A DNA stretch of 64,000 bases from assembly GCA_025594325.1 (NCBI GenBank), contig JANHCV010000009.1:124001-188000 (forward strand). The letters run 5' to 3'. The translations under genes were made by a program, and so were the position numbers. Position 1 is the stretch's first letter. Every line of letters begins with the position of its first letter. This document shows positions 56,883 to 64,000 of this stretch, one piece after another. The notes beneath the pieces were generated by a model. That model did not search any database. It worked only from the letters and a program-made list of their open reading frames with translations, and was not told where the DNA came from. This DNA is from Blastocladiella emersonii ATCC 22665 (Eukaryota > Fungi > Blastocladiomycota).

Positions 56883-58691
56883 TCAAACCTTGCTCATCAT
56901 GAACATCTTGATGAGCCCGAGCATGCGGTTCGTGACGGGCGGGTACCGCGGCATATTGGCGATCTCGAGCCCCATGGGCCGGCGCAGGACCGCGCGGTCG
57001 TGCGAGAAGGTGTCGAACCCGTACTGCCCGTGGTACTTGCCCATGCCGGACCCGCCGACTCCCCCAAAGGGCAGGCCCTGCGTCGCGAGATGGATCACGC
57101 AGTCGTTGACGGCGACGCCGCCCGACGCCGTGTGCGCGAGCAGCCAGTCGGCGGCCTTCGCGTTGCGCGCGAACACGTACAGCGCGAGCGGGTGGTCGCG
57201 GCGGCCGACGAGCGCCGCCGCGTGACGCATGAACGCGTCGCCGCCGGGGACCCCCGACTCGTCGTCGGCGTAGAGCTCAGACGACTCGTCAACGTCGAGC
57301 GGGATGATGGGCAGCAGCGGGCCAAAGATCTCGTCGTCCATGATCGCCGCGTCCGTCGTCACGTCCGCGATGACCGTGGGCGGGATGAACCGCGCCGCGC
57401 GGTCCCAGCCCGCCACATCGCCGAACGCGACGGTCCCGCCGGCCTTCCCGTCGAACGTCGTCTTGTACTTGGCGAGCCGGTCAAAGTGGCGCTCGTTGAT
57501 GATGCGCGAGTAGTCGGCGCTGGCCTTGGCGTCGTCGCCGCCGAAAAACTCGGCGACGGCCGCCTTGAGCGCGGCCACCAGCGGCGCCTGCATGTCGCGG
57601 CGCACCAGCACGTAGTCGGGCGCGACGCACGTCTGGCCGGCGTTGAGGAACTTGCCCCACGCGATGCGGCGCGCCGTGACCCCCAAATCGGCCGACGGGT
57701 GCACGATCGCGGGCGACTTGCCGCCGAGCTCGAGCGTCACGGGCGTCAGGTGCTTGGCGGCGGCCGTCATCACGATCCGCCCGACGGCGCCGTTGCCCGT
57801 GTAGAAGATGTGGTCGAACCGGTGGCGCAGGAGCTCGGTCGTCTGCGGGACGCCGCCGTTGACGACGCGGAAGAAGCGCGCGTCGAGGTACCGCGGGACG
57901 AGGTCCGCGATGACCGCCGCAACGGCGGGGGCGACCTCGGACGGCTTGATCACGGCCGCGTTGCCCGCTGCCATCGCCGCGACGACGGGCGCGAGCGTCA
58001 GGAGGATCGGGTAGTTCCACGCGCCAATGACGAGCACGACGCCGAGCGGGTCCTTGCGCACCGTGACCGAGTCGATGAGGTTGATCATGGCGCGGCGCGG
58101 CGCCACGGGTTTCGCCCAGCTGTCCAGGTGCTTGACGGCCCCGGCGATATCAGTCGCCAGCAGCCCGACCTCGGTCAGAATCGCCTGCCCACGCGACTTG
58201 TGCAGGTCCTTGCACAGCGCCGCGCACAGGGCGTCCTCGTTCTCGTCGACGAGCCGCGCGAACGCGCGCAGCTGGGCGCGCCGGAACTCGAGGTTGTACA
58301 GCGCGCGCGTGCGGGTCCACGCGCCGCGCACGTCCGCGACGGTCCCCGCGATGCTCGCCGTCTCGGTCTCGACGAAGGCCGGCAGGGCGACCGACGACGC
58401 GTCCCACGGCTCGCCCGTCGTCTTGCTGCAGTGCCCCGCGGGCAGCGTCGCCGCGGGCCACTCGGGCGTCTCCGTCACCGCGGTCGCCGACGAGGTCAGG
58501 TTGTCGTTGCTGCCCGACGGCGACGTCGGCTTGCTGCCGAGGGAAGTGTTGGTCGTCATGGTGTTGCTTCGTTGCAGGTGGAGAGCGAGAGCCGGGCGCG
58601 GGGGACCCACGCGGTTATGTAGGCCCCGGAGGGCGGCGACGCCACGCTGGCAGCCGAGCGAGGCGGCGGCGCGGGCAAAGTGGAGCGACAT
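56883..58691 (-). CDS. HFD1: Fatty aldehyde dehydrogenase (ALDH3/Hfd1-like); second possible start at 58559
   Basis: PLGVVLVIGAWNYP, IKPSE, IFYTG, TPVTLELGGKSP, GKFLNAGQTCVAPDY, EIFGPLLP, PFGGVGGSGMGKYHG. Confidence 0.88.
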   Translation of the reverse strand: MSLHFARAAASLGCQRGVAALRGLHNRVGPPRPALALHLQRSNTMTTNTSLGSKPTSPSGSNDNLTSSATAVTETPEWPAATLPAGHCSKTTGEPWDASSVALPAFVETETASIAGTVADVRGAWTRTRALYNLEFRRAQLRAFARLVDENEDALCAALCKDLHKSRGQAILTEVGLLATDIAGAVKHLDSWAKPVAPRRAMINLIDSVTVRKDPLGVVLVIGAWNYPILLTLAPVVAAMAAGNAAVIKPSEVAPAVAAVIADLVPRYLDARFFRVVNGGVPQTTELLRHRFDHIFYTGNGAVGRIVMTAAAKHLTPVTLELGGKSPAIVHPSADLGVTARRIAWGKFLNAGQTCVAPDYVLVRRDMQAPLVAALKAAVAEFFGGDDAKASADYSRIINERHFDRLAKYKTTFDGKAGGTVAFGDVAGWDRAARFIPPTVIADVTTDAAIMDDEIFGPLLPIIPLDVDESSELYADDESGVPGGDAFMRHAAALVGRRDHPLALYVFARNAKAADWLLAHTASGGVAVNDCVIHLATQGLPFGGVGGSGMGKYHGQYGFDTFSHDRAVLRRPMGLEIANMPRYPPVTNRMLGLIKMFMMSKV

Positions 58692-59019
58692 GAGGCGAGG
58701 CTGACCAACGCGCGCGCACGAACGACTCCGAGATTGCCGGCGGCGGCGCCGAAGCGGAGCAAAGAGATGCTCCGCCACCTCCGCGGCGGACCTCCGCTGC
58801 CATCGGCATCGATTGTGCCGATGGCGGTGTGGGTCGGGTGTGTCTCGCACCTCGCGCCATGGCGACGGCGTAGTCGCCCACCCTGAAGTGTCTCACACCG
58901 TGGCGGCGGCGGCGAGGCGCACCGCGTCCGTGTCTCGCGTCGTGCGTGGCGCCGCCTCTCCCGCACAGCGTACGGTAAGCTCCAAAACCGGTCGGGCAGC
59001 CCGACCCCGAACCATCTAT

Positions 59020-61428
59020 TCACCCCGTGGCGCCGACCGCCTGGTAGAAGAGCACGTACGCGGACGCCGCCCAGTCGCCGGCCGCGGCGCGCGCGGGGTC
59101 GGCGATCCGCGCGACGCCCGCGTCGTCCATGCAGTACCACTGGTCGCGGCGCAGCACCGACGCTATGTAGTGGCCGAAGAACAGCGTGCCCGAGTGCTGC
59201 AGCACGCCGACGAGGCGATATCGTCGCGGGTTTCTCGCTGAGGCTTCGGGGGTCAGGATGTCCGAGAGGTCCAGGTCCGCGAGCGGGAACGCGACGGGCG
59301 TCGTCAGCTTGTGCCGCAGGGAGGCGAACCGCTTGAGGTGCACGACGAGGACCGGCGGGAGGCGGTGCACCTGGAGCCGCTTGCTCGTGCGCTGGCGCTT
59401 CTTGCACCTATCCCACGAATCGCGTTAGCGGTCGCGGCGATGGCGGCGTGGGCGGGACGGACACACACGTACTGTGGGCAGTGGTACCACTCGTTCGGCT
59501 CGAGCTCCTCTTCCCGCGCAAACTCGCGCAGACAGTCCGCGAGGTGCACCGGCCCGCCGCGTCCGGGGATCGGCACGCTGAGGTCGCAGAACACGTCGAA
59601 CATGCGGAACACGCCGTTGCACACCCAGCACCGCACCGACGACATGAGCTGCCCCGCGAACACGTCCGTGACCAGGCTCGCCTGCAGGTGCCGGTATTTC
59701 GACCACGCCACGTCGCCGCGCGACAGGTACGGCAGCGCGTCCTCGTCGGCCTCGCGCACTGCGAACTTGGTCTCGTGTGGCACGCGGCATAGGTCCGAGG
59801 AGAGGGCGTCGAGCAGGTACCGCAGGAATTCTTGCGCGTCTTGCTGGCTACATCCGCCAAAAGGAGTGTCAGCTCCGTCCGGCGAACGAGAAGGGAAGCA
59901 CAACGTACTCGTAGCCGACAAACTGCGGCGCGTACTTTTCGACCTCGCGCTTGAAGGCGCGCGGGTTGACGGCGCCCTTGGACGTGATCATCTCGCGCAG
60001 CAGCAGGATGTACGCCTTGGCAATCGACCCCTTGCTGTCCGAGAACGGGTTGATGTCGCGCGACACGTCGTTGAGCATGTAGTTGGTCAGCACGTCGATG
60101 GACACGAGGCACTGCAGCGCGGCTGCCATGAAGCACTATTGGGATCGGGGCACGTTAGTGCGGGAGCGCGAGAGGGGGAGGAGAGGCGACGGACCGTGTT
60201 CCCAACGTTGACGAGCCCGACGAGCGCGGGCTGGTTGCACCCGACGTACTACACAATCCCATCCCAATCCCACAAGGTTAGCCCATGCGCTTCCCAACCC
60301 GCACGCGCCCAACCGTACCGGCGTCAAATCGAGCGGCCGCGGCGGCACCCGTAGCTGGTCGAGCGACAGGACAACGGTCGCGCGGTGCGGCTTAGTGTTG
60401 CCGATGAGGTACGACAGCGACATGTGGATCCCGGCGCCGACCCCCGCCCCCGAACTCGCCGCGGGCGCGCTCGCGATCGCGGGCGGCGCGACATTCGCCC
60501 CCGCCGCCGCCGTCGAGATACTCGGCAACGTCCCGGCGGCCACGTCGCGCGCGAGCGGCACCTTGACAGCGGCGCCCGACACGCCCTGCGGTTCAGCGAT
60601 GACGGACCGCGCGCTCCCGTTCTGACTGCTCCCGCTGCCCGACGACAAGATGCTCCGCATGCTGCCCGTCAAGAACCGCTTGGTGAAACTCACGCGCGCG
60701 AGCTTCGGGCTGCGCTGCGCCGGCGCGTGGATCGGTTCGGGCAGCGTCATGGGCGGCGCGGGGCCCGTGCGCGCGGGCGCTGAGACGGGGCCTGGGGAGG
60801 AGGAAGAGGCGATGGCGTGTGCGGCGACCGCGGCTTCGAGCGGCGTGAGCGACGGGCGCGAGTGCCGTAGTGAGCGCGCGGCGGGATCGCTGGAGGTCGA
60901 GGAGGCGGTGCTGGGCGCGGGCGACGGGGACGAAGCGGGCGCAGACGCGTCGCGCACGAGGGACGCGCGGCGCGAGCCCATGAACCGCGAAGCGGAGGAG
61001 GACGACGAGCTCGGCGCGGTCGGTTTCGCAGGCACCGCGACCGACGCCGGGGTGCGCGACGAGGCGCGCAGCGGGATCGGGATCCCGAACGGCCGGCCGG
61101 GCGACGTCGCGACGCGGCCCGTCGTCGTAGCTCGAGTTGCCGTCGTTGGTGGTGGAGACGTGGCCTGGAGCCCCGCACCCGACTTGCGGCGCGGGGTCGC
61201 GGTCGGCGGCGGGTGCGACGGCGCGTCGTGCACGTAGTACTCGGCCGCGCGCCCTGATGGGGATGTGGGCGAGCCGGCGGCGCCCGAGGCGCGGCGGCCG
61301 TTGATCTGCAGGCGCGTCATCCCGTTGGTCGGCGGCGACGTAGGCGGCGGAGGAGATCGCGCGGGCGACGGGTGCGCCAGGTGGTTTGACGGTGGTGGCG
61401 GGTGTTGTTGTTGTCTGACGCGGTCCAT
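59020..61428 (-). CDS. Ubiquitin carboxyl-terminal hydrolase (USP, peptidase C19; USP2/8/21-like) with a long disordered N-terminus, multi-exon
   Basis: GLVNVGNT, CFMAAALQCL, QQDAQEFL, FCDLSVPI, LVVHLKRF, His box HSGTLFFGHY, WYCMDD, AYVLFY. Confidence 0.88.
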
Positions 61429-61759
61429 GGCGGTCGAGATGGCGGGTCGGTGGTCATGTAGTGGGCGGCGGATCGCGGTAGGCGGCGCTCAGTCGTCGGC
61501 GGGGTGATGCATCGAGTCGGACGCGCAGTGCTGCATTCAAGTGAGGATGTCGTTGGGGAGGGAGAGGGAGGGGGAGGAGAACGCAAAAGTAGAGTGCCTC
61601 CAGCCGCACGGGAGACGAAAGCGGCGGCGAAGCGCGCGACGGTCACGCTGCCCCTGCGCCACACTCCACTCCACGTTGACGACCAAGGCGGTTCTTCCGG
61701 CCGCGCCGAGCGGGGGTTCGATCCCCGCTCTCGCCACCCAATGAAAACCTAATGCAACG

Positions 61760-62461
61760 ATGGCTAAACCTAAAAAGTCCGCGGCCGCCAAAACAGCACC
61801 CGCATCAGCAGCGGCACCGAAACCCAAACCCGACCCGTTCGCCTCGCTTCCGCCATGGACCCCCGCCGCCTCAGCGTCGGCCATGACGTGCGTGCTGCCG
61901 GACCAGCTGTACACGCTGGACGGCGCGCTCTCCCCAACTGACTGCGCGGCCCTGGTCGCCGCCGCCGAGACGTACGGCTTCGCGCCGGCCGAGAAATCCC
62001 TGCGTCCGCGCAAGGGTTTTGCGTTCCGCGACAGCGGCCGGATCGCGCTCGACCCGCACCCGGACCTCGCAGCGCGCCTGTGGCGGCAGCTCGCGGGCGT
62101 GCTGCCGGCGTTCCCCGAGGGCACGCCCGTCGGGATGAACACGAATATCCGGCTGTACAAGTACGGCCGCGGGCAGAGCTTTGGGCAGCACTACGACGAG
62201 AGCGTGCGGGTCGCTGGCGGGAGGACCGAGTTTACCCTGCTCGTGTACCTTTCCGGAGGAGGGGAGGGCGAGGACGACGAGGTGGGCGGCGGCGAGACCG
62301 TGTTCTACGAGGGCCGGCGCAAGGTCGTCGCGGCCGTCGCGCCGGTCCGCGGCCGCGCCCTGATCCACCGCCACGGCGACGCGTGTCTCCTGCACGAGGG
62401 CGCTGCCGTCACCAAGGGCGTCAAGTACCTGCTGCGCTCCGATCTCGTGTTTGCAACCTAG
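61760..62461 (+). CDS. 2-oxoglutarate/Fe(II) dioxygenase (prolyl-4-hydroxylase-like)
   Basis: NIRLYKY, FGQHYDES (HxD), FTLLVYL, GGETVFY, LLHEG (distal His), KYLLRSD. Confidence 0.85.
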   Translation: MAKPKKSAAAKTAPASAAAPKPKPDPFASLPPWTPAASASAMTCVLPDQLYTLDGALSPTDCAALVAAAETYGFAPAEKSLRPRKGFAFRDSGRIALDPHPDLAARLWRQLAGVLPAFPEGTPVGMNTNIRLYKYGRGQSFGQHYDESVRVAGGRTEFTLLVYLSGGGEGEDDEVGGGETVFYEGRRKVVAAVAPVRGRALIHRHGDACLLHEGAAVTKGVKYLLRSDLVFAT

Positions 62462-62468
62462 CATACAT

Positions 62469-63731
62469 TTAGATCTTCTCCACCACGAACCACACCAGCT
62501 GCCGCCCGTCGGCCAGCTCGACCGTCTCGTTGCGCAGCACCCGATACCCGGCGTCGCTTGTGAACCCCCACCCCCATTTCTCGGACACGACGGGCTCGGC
62601 CATGACCTCGGCGTCTTTGAGGGACAGCAGCGCGCGGTCGAGCGGCCGCGTCAGCTCGCGCGGGTGCACGAGGTTGATGAACGACGACGGGCTCGCGTGC
62701 CGCGTGGTCCATGCCGCAAAGTCGCCGCCCTCCGGCAACGCAAACGTCGACAGCAACATCCGCGCGCCGCTCTGCGCCAGTAACCGGTCATGGATCGCCG
62801 AGACAAACGTGCGCGGCGGGAGGAACCGGTGCAGAAGGACCAGTTCAAACGGCCCCGTCACCTCGCCCCACGCGTCCCGCCCGCCCTCGCCGCGCAACTC
62901 GCCTTGCTCGCCCGCCTTGGCGCGCACGAGCGTCACGCGGTCCCCGAAATGCAGCAGCGAGCAGACCGCGCGCGTCCGGTCGATGCTCCCCTTCCACGCG
63001 TCGACGGCGACCGCGGTGCACCCCGGGTAGTGGTGCAAAAGGTACGCCAGGTCGCGGCCCGCGCCGCACCCGAGGTCGAGGACGCGGAACGGGGTCGGGG
63101 AACCGGGTGCGCCGAAGAGTTGCGTCGCGGTCGCGGCGAGGACGGGTGCGGGGAGGAACGGGAGAGTCATGGTGCGCACGAGCGAGGCGCGGACGGTTGA
63201 CGGGGCGGGGTTGGAGGGGGCGGGGCGCGGGCTGCGGCTGCGGTCGCGACTTGGGGATGGTGAGACAGAACCGGGCCGGTCGCGGTCACGCTCGCCGTCC
63301 TCGTCCTCGACGGCGCTGCGGACATCCCACCCATCCTCCTTCGCGGCCACCCAGAACTGCGGCGTCGGAACGTACACCCCCTCGACACTCCACCCGCGGT
63401 CGTGGACATGCACCGCGAACCTCGCCGCCGTCGCGACTTGATTCCCCTCGACGGGCTCCCAGACCGCCGCGGGTTCCTTGACCGCTTCCGCGTAGCCCTC
63501 GCCGGGCGGGACGATCAGCGCGACGGGGACTGACCCGCGTTCGGGTAAGAGGAACCACGGGAAAGCGGTGCGCGAGGCGTAGTTGCACAGAGGGAGCGAG
63601 AAGGCGCCGGCCAGGTGCTGCGACTCGTACGCCGCGGCGGGGCGTAGGTCCAGGAGGATGGTGCCGGCGCGTGGTGGGGCCGTGAGCGTGTGCACGGGCG
63701 GCGGCGGGGCGTTCATTCGTTTGTCATGCAT
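62469..63731 (-). CDS. Rhodanese-like domain fused to a class I SAM-dependent methyltransferase
   Basis: N-terminal ILLDLRPAAAYESQHLAGAFSLP; C-terminal RVLDLGCGAGRDL, AVAVD, ELVLLHRFL. The start may be upstream (63911). Confidence 0.75.
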   Translation of the reverse strand: MHDKRMNAPPPPVHTLTAPPRAGTILLDLRPAAAYESQHLAGAFSLPLCNYASRTAFPWFLLPERGSVPVALIVPPGEGYAEAVKEPAAVWEPVEGNQVATAARFAVHVHDRGWSVEGVYVPTPQFWVAAKEDGWDVRSAVEDEDGERDRDRPGSVSPSPSRDRSRSPRPAPSNPAPSTVRASLVRTMTLPFLPAPVLAATATQLFGAPGSPTPFRVLDLGCGAGRDLAYLLHHYPGCTAVAVDAWKGSIDRTRAVCSLLHFGDRVTLVRAKAGEQGELRGEGGRDAWGEVTGPFELVLLHRFLPPRTFVSAIHDRLLAQSGARMLLSTFALPEGGDFAAWTTRHASPSSFINLVHPRELTRPLDRALLSLKDAEVMAEPVVSEKWGWGFTSDAGYRVLRNETVELADGRQLVWFVVEKI

Positions 63732-63867
63732 CGTTGGTGAGGAGAGGGAGAGAGCAGCGGCGGCCGTGACGGCGGTGTTGATGGTGGCGACCACGCCGCC
63801 TTCGCCGACCTCTGACCGACCTCCACCACGCCGACGCCGGCGGCGCATGTAACCCACCGCAACAACC

Positions 63868-64000
63868 ATGGACCCATCATCGCCACCGTACACGGGCCCG
63901 TCGCTCGCCAAGCTGCGCGCGGGCCTCGACGCCTACTTCTCGTGGACCGCCGAAGAAGCGCGCCGGGCGCACCCACAGCTTCCGGCAGACCACCCGCTGG
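63868..64000 (+). CDS. 5' end of an unidentified gene running out of the window
   Basis: ATG in good context (CAACC ATG), open to the window end: MDPSSPPYTGPSLAKLRAGLDAYFSW... Confidence 0.5.
   Translation, partial: MDPSSPPYTGPSLAKLRAGLDAYFSWTAEEARRAHPQLPADHPL

Noticed and set aside
89-63976. Many long antisense or alternative-frame ORFs (e.g. 1009-2487 -, 6566-8536 +, 13229-14980 -, 56766-58622 +)
   Set aside because: They are shadows of real genes in GC-rich DNA, with Arg/Ala/Gly-rich translations and no family motifs.

Overview
A compact, GC-rich eukaryotic window with short spliceosomal introns. The gene content (fungal housekeeping genes plus vasohibin, a Dpy-30-type D/D protein and PEN-2) suggests a zoosporic fungus, probably Blastocladiomycota or Allomyces-like (inference). 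About 30 housekeeping or conserved genes are recognisable: PRS, IND1, ALDH7A1-like, DUG1, HIT1, SDH3, Ysc84, RPL13, RMD5, VPS45, RPS15, VPS68, MRPS17, COX19, DUT1, NDUFAF6, a fatty ALDH and a USP. The most unusual part is a ~16 kb accessory island (30531-46944). Two paralogous secreted Asp/Tyr ('ADY') repeat proteins bracket it. Inside lie a tandem array of six F-box-like/LRR copies (two intact, two with premature stops, two fragments) and a metacaspase-like gene that lacks both catalytic residues and carries Ca-binding-type DxNxDG loops. Also found by eye: an unannotated box C/D snoRNA with 15 nt of complementarity to 18S rRNA, two GC-AG introns, a 7TM gene whose 3' end is triplicated, a degenerate small-GTPase-fold protein, and a recurrent intergenic YGTCTCRC motif. 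All family calls come from motif recognition only; no database searches were run.
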